Translations under genes and position numbers: made by a program
The notes under the pieces: model-generated
Seen by the model: only the letters and a program-made list of their open reading frames with translations
The model's database searches: none
Told to the model about the DNA's origin: nothing
In this document: in pieces, positions 52,201 through 64,000 of the stretch
Numbering within the stretch: the stretch's first letter is position 1
How the letters are laid out: every line of letters begins with the position of its first letter
NCBI GenBank assembly: GCA_964057225.1
Contig: OZ059900.1
Span: 12,896,001 to 12,960,000, forward strand
Length of the DNA: 64,000 nt
Direction: 5' to 3'
From: Auanema rhodensis
Taxonomy: Eukaryota > Animalia > Nematoda

Positions 52201-55200
52201 CCAAAATGTATTTCCAACTCAGAAGTTCTCTGGTTAGATTGAGATACTACCTCTAACTTGGGTAATTAAACCAAATCTATTCAGGAAACTTATGAATTGT
52301 TCTAGCCTATCGCCGTATAAGTGATCAGTGTACAAAGCTATACAAAGCTTTATCCAGTCAAACTATAATGTAAAAGACGCGTCATGTTCATATTCAAATT
52401 TGTTTTGCTTTGGCATCTATAGGGTCATATAATCATACTAAGACAGACAGTTTTCAATATTGCACACTCATGGTGTGCTTTCCAAAATGTATTTCCAACT
52501 CAGAAGTTCTCTGGTTAGATTGAGATACTACCTCTAACTTGGGTAATTAAACCAAATCTATTCAGGAAACTTATGAACTGTTCTAGCCTATCGCCGTATA
52601 AGTGATCAGTGTACAAAGCTATACAAAGCTTTATCCGTTCAAACTATAATGTAAAAGACGCGTCATGTTCATATTCAAATTTGTTTTGCTTTGGCATCTA
52701 TAGGGTCATATAATCATACTAAGACAGACAGTTTTCAATATTGCACACTCATGGTGTGCTTTCCAAAATGTATTTCCAACTCAGAAGTTCTCTGGTTAGA
52801 TTGAGATACTACCTCTAACTTGGGTAATTAAACCAAATCTATTCAGGAAACTTATGAACTGTTCTAGCCTATCGCCGTATAAGTGATCAGTTAACAAAGC
52901 TATACAAAGCTTTATCCAGTCAAACTATAATGTAAAAGACGCGTCATGTTCATATTCAAATTTGTTTTGCTTTGGCATCTATAGGGTCATATAATCATAC
53001 TAAGACAGGCAGTTTTCAATATTGCACACTCATGGTGTGCTTTCCAAAATGTATTTCCAACTCAGAAGTTCTCTGGTTAGATTGAGATACTACCTCTAAC
53101 TTGGGTAATTAAACCAAATCTATTCAGGAAACTTATGAACTGTTCTAGCCTATCGCCGTATAAGTGATCAGTGTACAAAGCTATACAAAGCTTTATCCAG
53201 TCAAACTATAATGTAAAAGACGCGTCATGTTCATATTCAAATTTGTTTTGCTTTGGCATCTATAGTGTCATATAATCATACTAAGACAGACAGTTTTCAA
53301 TATTGCACACTCATGGTGTGCTTTCCAAAATGTATTTCCAACTCAGAAGTTCTCTGGTTAGATTGAGATACTACCTCTAACTTGGGTAATTAAACCAAAT
53401 CTATTCAGGAAACTTATGAACTGTTCTAGCCTATCGCCGTATAAGTGATCAGTGTACAAAGCTATACAAAGCTTTATCCAGTCAAACTATAATGTAAAAG
53501 ACGCGTCATGTTCATATTCAAATTTGTTTTGCTTTGGCATCTATAGTGTCATATAATCATACTAAGACAGACAGTTTTCAATATTGCACACTCATGGTGT
53601 GCTTTCCAAAATGTATTTCCAACTCAGAAGTTCTCTGGTTAGATTGAGATACTACCTCTAACTTGGGTAATTAAACCAAATCTATTCAGGAAACTTATGA
53701 ACTGTTCTAGCCTATCGCCGTATAAGTGATCAGTGTACAAAGCTATACAAAGCTTTATCCAGTCAAACTATAATGTAAAAGACGCGTCATGTTCATATTC
53801 AAATTTGTTTTGCTTTGGCATCTATAGTGTCATATAATCATACTAAGACAGACAGTTTTCAATATTGCACACTCATGGTGTGCTTTCCAAAATGTATTTC
53901 CAACTCAGAAGTTCTCTGGTTAGATTGAGATACTACCTCTAACTTGGGTAATTAAACCAAATCTATTCAGGAAACTTATGAACTGTTCTAGCCTATCGCC
54001 GTATAAGTGATCAGTGTACAAAGCTATACAAAGCTTTATCCGGTCAAACTATAATGTAAAAGACGCGCCATGTTCATATTCAAATTTGTTTTGCTTTGGC
54101 ATCTATAGTGTCATATAATCATACTAAGACAGACAGTTTTCAATATTGCACACTCATGGTGTGCTTTCCAAAATGTATTTCCAACTCAGAAGTTCTCTGG
54201 TTAGATTGAGATACTACCTCTAACTTGGGTAATTAAACCAAATCTATTCAGGAAACTTATGAACTGTTCTAGCCTATCGCCGTATAAGTGATCAGTGTAC
54301 AAAGCTATACAAAGCTTTATCCAGTCAAACTATAATGTAAAAGACGCGTCATGTTCATATTCAAATTTGTTTTGCTTTGGCATCTATAGTGTCATATAAT
54401 CATACTAAGACAGACAGTTTTCAATATTGCACACTCATGGTGTGCTTTCCAAAATGTATTTCCAACTCAGAAGTTCTCTGGTTAGATTGAGATACTACCT
54501 CTAACTTGGGTAATTAAACCAAATCTATTATGGAAACTTATGAACTGTTCTAGCCTATCGCCGTATAAGTGATCAGTGTACAAAGCTATACAAAGCTTTA
54601 TCCAGTCAAACTATAATGTAAAAGACGCGTCATGTTCATATTCGAATTTGTTTTGCTTTGGCATCTATAGTGTCATATAATCATACTAAGACAGACAGTT
54701 TTCAATATTGCACACTCATGGTGTGCTTTCCAAAATGTATTTCCAACTCAGAAGTTCTCTGGTTAGATTGAGATACTACCTCTAACTTGGGTAATTAAAC
54801 CAAATCTATTCAGGAAACTTATGAACTGTTCTAGCCTATCGCCGTATAAGTGATCAGTGTACAAAGCTATACAAAGCTTTATCCGGTCAAACTATAATGT
54901 AAAAGACGCGCCATGTTCATATTGAAATTTGTTTTGTTTTGGCATCTATAGTGTCATATAATCATACTAAGACAGACAGTTTTCAATATTGCACACTCAT
55001 GGTGTGCTTTCCAAAATGTATTTCCAACTCAGAAGTTCTCTGGTTAGATTGAGATACTACCTCTAACTTGGGTAATTAAACCAAATCTATTCAGGAAACT
55101 TATGAACTGTTCTAGCCTATCGCCGTATAAGTGATCAGTGTACAAAGCTATACAAAGCTTTATCCGGTCAAACTATAATGTAAAAGACGCGTCATGTTCA

Positions 55201-58200
55201 TATTCAAATTTGTTTTGCTTTGGCATCTATAGTGTCATATAATCATACTAAGACAGACAGTTTTCAATATTGCACACTCATGGTGTGCTTTCCAAAATGT
55301 ATTTCCAACTCAGAAGTTCTCTGGTTAGATTGAGATACTACCTCTAACTTGGGTAATTAAACCAAATCTATTCAGGAAACTTATGAACTGTTCTAGCCTA
55401 TCGCCGTATAAGTGATCAGTGTACAAAGCTATACAAAGCTTTATCCGGTCAAACTATAATGTAAAAGACGCGCCATGTTCATATTCAAATTTGTTTTGCT
55501 TTGGCATCTATAGTGTCATATAATCATACTAAGACAGACAGTTTTCAATATTGCACACTCATGGTGTGCTTTCCAAAATGTATTTCCAACTCAGAAGTTC
55601 TCTGGTTAGATTGAGATACTACCTCTAACTTGGGTAATTAAACCAAATCTATTCAGGAAACTTATGAACTGTTCTAGCCTATCGCCGTATATGTGATCAG
55701 TGTACAAAGCTATACAAAGCTTTATCCGGTCAAACTATAATGTAAAAGACGCGTCATGTTCATATTCAAATTTGTTTTGCTTTGGCATCTATAGGGTCAT
55801 ATAATCATACTAAGACAGACAGTTTTCAATATTGCACACTCATGGTGTGCTTTCCAAAATGTATTTCCAACTCAGAAGTTCTCTGGTTAGATTGAGATAC
55901 TACCTCTAACTTGGGTAATTAAACCAAATCTATTCAGGAAACTTATGAACTGTTCTAGCGTATCGCCGTATAAGTGATCAGTGTACAAAGCTATACAAAG
56001 CTTTATCCGGTCAAACTATAATGTAAAAGACGCGTCATGTTCATATTCAAATTTGTTTTGCTTTGGCATCTATAGTGTCATATAATCATACTAAGACAGA
56101 CAGTTTTCAATATTGCACACTCGTGGTGTGCTTTCCAAAATGTATTTCCAACTCAGAAGTTCTCTGGTTAGATTGAGATACTACCTCTAACTTGGGTAAT
56201 TAAACCAAATCTATTCAGGAAACTTATGAACTGTTCTAGCCTATCGCCGTATATGTGATCAGTGTACAAAGCTATACAAAGCTTTATCCGGTCAAACTAT
56301 AATGTAAAAGACGCGTCATGTTCATATTCGAATTTGTTTTGCTTTGGCATCTATAGTGTCATATAACCATACTAAGACAGACAGTTTTCAATATTGCACA
56401 CTCATGGTGTGCTTTCCAAAATGTATTTCCAACTCAGAAGTTCTCTGGTTAGATTGAGATACTACCTCTAACTTGGGTAATTAAACCAAATCTATTCAGG
56501 AAACTTATGAACTGTTCTAGCCTATCGCCGTATAAGTGATCAGTGTACAAAGCTATACAAAGCTTTATCCGGTCAAACTATAATGTAAAAGACGCGTCAT
56601 GTTCATATTCAAATTTGTTTTGATTTGGCATCTATAGGGTCATATAATCATACTAAGACAGGCAGTTTTCAATATTGCACACTCATGGTGTGCTTTCCAA
56701 AATGTATTTCCAACTCAGAAGTTCTCTGGTTAGATTGAGATACTACCTCTAACTTGGGTAATTAAACCAAATCTATTCAGGAAACTTATGAACTGTTCTA
56801 GCCTATCGCCGTATAAGTGATCAGTGTACAAAGCTATACAAAGCTTTATCCGGTCAAACTATAATGTAAAAGACGCGCCATGTTCATATTCAAATTTGTT
56901 TTGCTTTGGCATCTATAGTGTCATATAATCATACTAAGACAGACAGTTTTCAATATTGCACACTCATGGTGTGCTTTCCAAAATGTATTTCCAACTCAGA
57001 AGTTCTCTGGTTAGATTGAGATACTACCTCTAACTTGGGTAATTAAACCAAATCTATTCAGGAAACTTATGAACTGTTCTAGCCTATCGCCGTATAAGTG
57101 ATCAGTGTACAAAGCTATACAAAGCTTTATCCAGTCAAACTATAATGTAAAAGACGCGTCATGTTCATATTCAAATTTGTTTTGCTTTGGCATCTATAGT
57201 GTCATATAATCATACTAAGACAGACAGTTTTCAATATTGCACACTCATGGTGTGCTTTCCAAAATGTATTTCCAACTCAGAAGTTCTCTGGTTAGATTGA
57301 GATACTACCTCTAACTTGGGTAATTAAACCAAATCTATTATGGAAACTTATGAACTGTTCTAGCCTATCGCCGTATAAGTGATCAGTGTACAAAGCTATA
57401 CAAAGCTTTATCCAGTCAAACTATAATGTAAAAGACGCGTCATGTTCATATTCGAATTTGTTTTGCTTTGGCATCTATAGTGTCATATAATCATACTAAG
57501 ACAGACAGTTTTCAATATTGCACACTCATGGTGTGCTTTCCAAAATGTATTTCCAACTCAGAAGTTCTCTGGTTAGATTGAGATACTACCTCTAACTTGG
57601 GTAATTAAACCAAATCTATTCAGGAAACTTATGAACTGTTCTAGCCTATCGCCGTATAAGTGATCAGTGTACAAAGCTATACAAAGCTTTATCCGGTCAA
57701 ACTATAATGTAAAAGACGCGCCATGTTCATATTGAAATTTGTTTTGTTTTGGCATCTATAGTGTCATATAATCATACTAAGACAGACAGTTTTCAATATT
57801 GCACACTCATGGTGTGCTTTCCAAAATGTATTTCCAACTCAGAAGTTCTCTGGTTAGATTGAGATACTACCTCTAACTTGGGTAATTAAACCAAATCTAT
57901 TCAGGAAACTTATGAACTGTTCTAGCCTATCGCCGTATAAGTGATCAGTGTACAAAGCTATACAAAGCTTTATCCGGTCAAACTATAATGTAAAAGACGC
58001 GTCATGTTCATATTCAAATTTGTTTTGCTTTGGCATCTATAGTGTCATATAATCATACTAAGACAGACAGTTTTCAATATTGCACACTCATGGTGTGCTT
58101 TCCAAAATGTATTTCCAACTCAGAAGTTCTCTGGTTAGATTGAGATACTACCTCTAACTTGGGTAATTAAACCAAATCTATTCAGGAAACTTATGAACTG

Positions 58201-61200
58201 TTCTAGCCTATCGCCGTATAAGTGATCAGTGTACAAAGCTATACAAAGCTTTATCCGGTCAAACTATAATGTAAAAGACGCGCCATGTTCATATTCAAAT
58301 TTGTTTTGCTTTGGCATCTATAGTGTCATATAATCATACTAAGACAGACAGTTTTCAATATTGCACACTCATGGTGTGCTTTCCAAAATGTATTTCCAAC
58401 TCAGAAGTTCTCTGGTTAGATTGAGATACTACCTCTAACTTGGGTAATTAAACCAAATCTATTCAGGAAACTTATGAACTGTTCTAGCCTATCGCCGTAT
58501 ATGTGATCAGTGTACAAAGCTATACAAAGCTTTATCCGGTCAAACTATAATGTAAAAGACGCGTCATGTTCATATTCAAATTTGTTTTGCTTTGGCATCT
58601 ATAGGGTCATATAATCATACTAAGACAGACAGTTTTCAATATTGCACACTCATGGTGTGCTTTCCAAAATGTATTTCCAACTCAGAAGTTCTCTGGTTAG
58701 ATTGAGATACTACCTCTAACTTGGGTAATTAAACCAAATCTATTCAGGAAACTTATGAACTGTTCTAGCGTATCGCCGTATAAGTGATCAGTGTACAAAG
58801 CTATACAAAGCTTTATCCGGTCAAACTATAATGTAAAAGACGCGTCATGTTCATATTCAAATTTGTTTTGCTTTGGCATCTATAGTGTCATATAATCATA
58901 CTAAGACAGACAGTTTTCAATATTGCACACTCGTGGTGTGCTTTCCAAAATGTATTTCCAACTCAGAAGTTCTCTGGTTAGATTGAGATACTACCTCTAA
59001 CTTGGGTAATTAAACCAAATCTATTCAGGAAACTTATGAACTGTTCTAGCCTATCGCCGTATATGTGATCAGTGTACAAAGCTATACAAAGCTTTATCCG
59101 GTCAAACTATAATGTAAAAGACGCGTCATGTTCATATTCGAATTTGTTTTGCTTTGGCATCTATAGTGTCATATAACCATACTAAGACAGACAGTTTTCA
59201 ATATTGCACACTCATGGTGTGCTTTCCAAAATGTATTTCCAACTCAGAAGTTCTCTGGTTAGATTGAGATACTACCTCTAACTTGGGTAATTAAACCAAA
59301 TCTATTCAGGAAACTTATGAACTGTTCTAGCCTATCGCCGTATAAGTGATCAGTGTACAAAGCTATACAAAGCTTTATCCGGTCAAACTATAATGTAAAA
59401 GACGCGTCATGTTCATATTCAAATTTGTTTTGATTTGGCATCTATAGGGTCATATAATCATACTAAGACAGGCAGTTTTCAATATTGCACACTCATGGTG
59501 TGCTTTCCAAAATGTATTTCCAACTCAGAAGTTCTCTGGTTAGATTGAGATACTACCTCTAACTTGGGTAATTAAACCAAATCTATTCAGGAAACTTATG
59601 AACTGTTCTAGCCTATCGCCGTATATGTGATCAGTGTACAAAGCTATACAAAGCTTTATCCGGTCAAACTATAATGTAAAAGACGCGTCATGTTCATATT
59701 CGAATTTGTTTTGCTTTGGCATCTATAGTGTCATATAATCATACTAAGACAGACAGTTTTCAATATTGCACACTCATGGTGTGCTTTCCAAAATGTATTT
59801 CCAACTCAGAAGTTCTCTGGTTAGATTGAGATACTACCTCTAACTTGGGTAATTAAACCAAATCTATTCAGGAAACTTATGAACTGTTCTAGCCTATCGC
59901 CGTATAAGTGATCAGTGTACAAAGCTATACAAAGCTTTATCCAGTCAAACTATAATGTAAAAGACGCGTCATGTTCATATTCAAATTTGTTTTGCTTTGG
60001 CATCTATAGGGTCATATAATCATACTAAGACAGGCAGTTTTCAATATTGCACACTCATGGTGTGCTTTCCAAAATGTATTTCCAACTCAGAAGTTCTCTG
60101 GTTAGATTGAGATACTACCTCTAACTTGGGTAATTAAACCAAATCTATTCAGGAAACTTATGAATTGTTCTAGCCTATCGCCGTATAAGTGATCAGTGTA
60201 CAAAGCTATACAAAGCTTTATCCAGTCAAACTATAATGTAAAAGACGCGTCATGTTCATATTCGAATTTGTTTTGCTTTGGCATCTATAGGGTCATATAA
60301 TCATACTAAGACAGACAGTTTTCAATATTGCACACTCGTGGTGTGCTTTCCAAAATGTATTTCCAACTCAGAAGTTCTCTGGTTAGATTGAGATACTACC
60401 TCTAACTTGGGTAATTAAACCAAATCTATTCAGGAAACTTATGAACTGTTCTAGCCTATCGCCGTATATGTGATCAGTGTACAAAGCTATACAAAGCTTT
60501 ATCCGGTCAAACTATAATGTAAAAGACGCGTCATGTTCATATTCGAATTTGTTTTGCTTTGGCATCTATAGTGTCATATAACCATACTAAGACAGACAGT
60601 TTTCAATATTGCACACTCATGGTGTGCTTTCCAAAATGTATTTCCAACTCAGAAGTTCTCTGGTTAGATTGAGATACTACCTCTAACTTGGGTAATTAAA
60701 CCAAATCTATTCAGGAAACTTATGAACTGTTCTAGCCTATCGCCGTATAAGTGATCAGTGTACAAAGCTATACAAAGCTTTATCCGGTCAAACTATAATG
60801 TAAAAGACGCGTCATGTTCATATTCAAATTTGTTTTGATTTGGCATCTATAGGGTCATATAATCATACTAAGACAGGCAGTTTTCAATATTGCACACTCA
60901 TGGTGTGCTTTCCAAAATGTATTTCCAACTCAGAAGTTCTCTGGTTAGATTGAGATACTACCTCTAACTTGGGTAATTAAACCAAATCTATTCAGGAAAC
61001 TTATGAACTGTTCTAGCCTATCGCCGTATATGTGATCAGTGTACAAAGCTATACAAAGCTTTATCCGGTCAAACTATAATGTAAAAGACGCGTCATGTTC
61101 ATATTCGAATTTGTTTTGCTTTGGCATCTATAGTGTCATATAATCATACTAAGACAGACAGTTTTCAATATTGCACACTCATGGTGTGCTTTCCAAAATG

Positions 61201-64000
61201 TATTTCCAACTCAGAAGTTCTCTGGTTAGATTGAGATACTACCTCTAACTTGGGTAATTAAACCAAATCTATTCAGGAAACTTATGAACTGTTCTAGCCT
61301 ATCGCCGTATAAGTGATCAGTGTACAAAGCTATACAAAGCTTTATCCAGTCAAACTATAATGTAAAAGACGCGTCATGTTCATATTCAAATTTGTTTTGC
61401 TTTGGCATCTATAGGGTCATATAATCATACTAAGACAGGCAGTTTTCAATATTGCACACTCATGGTGTGCTTTCCAAAATGTATTTCCAACTCAGAAGTT
61501 CTCTGGTTAGATTGAGATACTACCTCTAACTTGGGTAATTAAACCAAATCTATTCAGGAAACTTATGAACTGTTCTAGCCTATCGCCGTATAAGTGATCA
61601 GTGTACAAAGCTATACAAAGCTTTATCCAGTCAAACTATAATGTAAAAGACGCGTCATGTTCATATTCGAATTTGTTTTGCTTTGGCATCTATAGGGTCA
61701 TATAATCATACTAAGACAGACAGTTTTCAATATTGCACACTCATGGTGTGCTTTCCAAAATGTATTTCCAACTCAGAAGTTCTCTGGTTAGATTGAGATA
61801 CTACCTCTAACTTGGGTAATTAAACCAAATCTATTCAGGAAACTTATGAATTGTTCTAGCCTATCGCCGTATAAGTGATCAGTGTACAAAGCTATACAAA
61901 GCTTTATCCAGTCAAACTATAATGTAAAAGACGCGTCATGTTCATATTCAAATTTGTTTTGCTTTGGCATCTATAGGGTCATATAATCATACTAAGACAG
62001 ACAGTTTTCAATATTGCACACTCATGGTGTGCTTTCCAAAATGTATTTCCAACTCAGAAGTTCTCTGGTTAGATTGAGATACTACCTCTAACTTGGGTAA
62101 TTAAACCAAATCTATTCAGGAAACTTATGAACTGTTCTAGCCTATCGCCGTATAAGTGATCAGTGTACAAAGCTATACAAAGCTTTATCCGTTCAAACTA
62201 TAATGTAAAAGACGCGTCATGTTCATATTCAAATTTGTTTTGCTTTGGCATCTATAGGGTCATATAATCATACTAAGACAGACAGTTTTCAATATTGCAC
62301 ACTCATGGTGTGCTTTCCAAAATGTATTTCCAACTCAGAAGTTCTCTGGTTAGATTGAGATACTACCTCTAACTTGGGTAATTAAACCAAATCTATTCAG
62401 GAAACTTATGAACTGTTCTAGCCTATCGCCGTATAAGTGATCAGTTAACAAAGCTATACAAAGCTTTATCCAGTCAAACTATAATGTAAAAGACGCGTCA
62501 TGTTCATATTCAAATTTGTTTTGCTTTGGCATCTATAGGGTCATATAATCATACTAAGACAGGCAGTTTTCAATATTGCACACTCATGGTGTGCTTTCCA
62601 AAATGTATTTCCAACTCAGAAGTTCTCTGGTTAGATTGAGATACTACCTCTAACTTGGGTAATTAAACCAAATCTATTCAGGAAACTTATGAATTGTTCT
62701 AGCCTATCGCCGTATAAGTGATCAGTGTACAAAGCTATACAAAGCTTTATCCAGTCAAACTATAATGTAATAGACGCGTCATGTTCATATTCAAATTTGT
62801 TTTGCTTTGGCATCTATAGTGTCATATAATCATACTAAGACAGACAGTTTTCAATATTGCACACTCATGGTGTGCTTTCCAAAATGTATTTCCAACTCAG
62901 AAGTTCTCTGGTTAGATTGAGATACTACCTCTAACTTGGGTAATTAAACCAAATCTATTCAGGAAACTTATGAACTGTTCTAGCCTATCGCCGTATAAGT
63001 GATCAGTGTACAAAGCTATACAAAGCTTTATCCAGTCAAACTATAATGTAAAAGACGCGTCATGTTCATATTCAAATTTGTTTTGCTTTGGCATCTATAG
63101 GGTCATATAATCATACTAAGACAGGCAGTTTTCAATATTGCACACTCATGGTGTGCTTTCCAAAATGTATTTCCAACTCAGAAGTTCTCTGGTTAGATTG
63201 AGATACTACCTCTAACTTGGGTAATTAAACCAAATCTATTCAGGAAACTTATGAATTGTTCTAGCCTATCGCCGTATAAGTGATCAGTGTACAAAGCTAT
63301 ACAAAGCTTTATCCAGTCAAACTATAATGTAAAAGACGCGTCATGTTCATATTCGAATTTGTTTTGCTTTGGCATCTATAGGGTCATATAATCATACTAA
63401 GACAGACAGTTTTCAATATTGCACACTCGTGGTGTGCTTTCCAAAATGTATTTCCAACTCAGAAGTTCTCTGGTTAGATTGAGATACTACCTCTAACTTG
63501 GGTAATTAAACCAAATCTATTCAGGAAACTTATGAACTGTTCTAGCCTATCGCCGTATATGTGATCAGTGTACAAAGCTATACAAAGCTTTATCCGGTCA
63601 AACTATAATGTAAAAGACGCGTCATGTTCATATTCGAATTTGTTTTGCTTTGGCATCTATAGTGTCATATAACCATACTAAGACAGACAGTTTTCAATAT
63701 TGCACACTCATGGTGTGCTTTCCAAAATGTATTTCCAACTCAGAAGTTCTCTGGTTAGATTGAGATACTACCTCTAACTTGGGTAATTAAACCAAATCTA
63801 TTCAGGAAACTTATGAACTGTTCTAGCCTATCGCCGTATAAGTGATCAGTGTACAAAGCTATACAAAGCTTTATCCGGTCAAACTATAATGTAAAAGACG
63901 CGTCATGTTCATATTCAAATTTGTTTTGATTTGGCATCTATAGGGTCATATAATCATACTAAGACAGGCAGTTTTCAATATTGCACACTCATGGTGTGCT

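Larger units (their letters stand above)
24996..64000 (-). ncRNA. SL1: Tandem array of SL1-like spliced-leader RNA genes, 281-bp unit, 138 complete genes in the window, continuing off the right edge
   Basis: Leader +1 positions fall at 25015+281k up to 63793 (k=138), with no net indel. The units carry the leader (a few with single-base changes), donor, Sm-type site and hairpins. Confidence 0.93.

Noticed and set aside
24996-64000. CRISPR array
   Set aside because: Whole units are repeated with no unique spacers, there are no cas genes, and the context is eukaryotic.

Overview
This is eukaryotic, almost certainly nematode, DNA, judged from the SL1-type spliced-leader genes, 44-45 nt introns and TTTTCAG acceptors. 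Layout: (i) 1-17766, about 49.6 copies of a 358-bp AT-rich satellite; (ii) 17768-20960, about 9 inverted, more diverged copies of the same satellite; (iii) 20960-21342, 1.4 inverted copies of a 281-bp unit; (iv) 21343-24995, a unique 3.6-kb island; (v) 24996-64000, about 139 tandem copies of the 281-bp unit. The 281-bp unit is not a plain satellite. Each copy carries a spliced-leader RNA gene on the minus strand, with a one-base variant of SL1 (GGTTTAATTACCCAAGTTAGAG), a GT donor, two stem-loops and an Sm-type site, and no linked 5S rRNA. The island holds a small MULE-like MITE, a six-exon chymotrypsin-fold serine protease gene with a complete H/D/S triad and a 479-bp 3' tandem duplication, and a divergently oriented Maverick/Polinton-type integrase with an N-terminal Zn-ribbon. 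The integrase is cut off by the SL array inside the leader exon, so the last SL promoter and 20 nt of leader point antisense into the integrase and sense toward the protease. Best reading (inference): a Maverick remnant with wosp-like protease cargo, lodged at the border between a satellite and an SL-RNA gene cluster.
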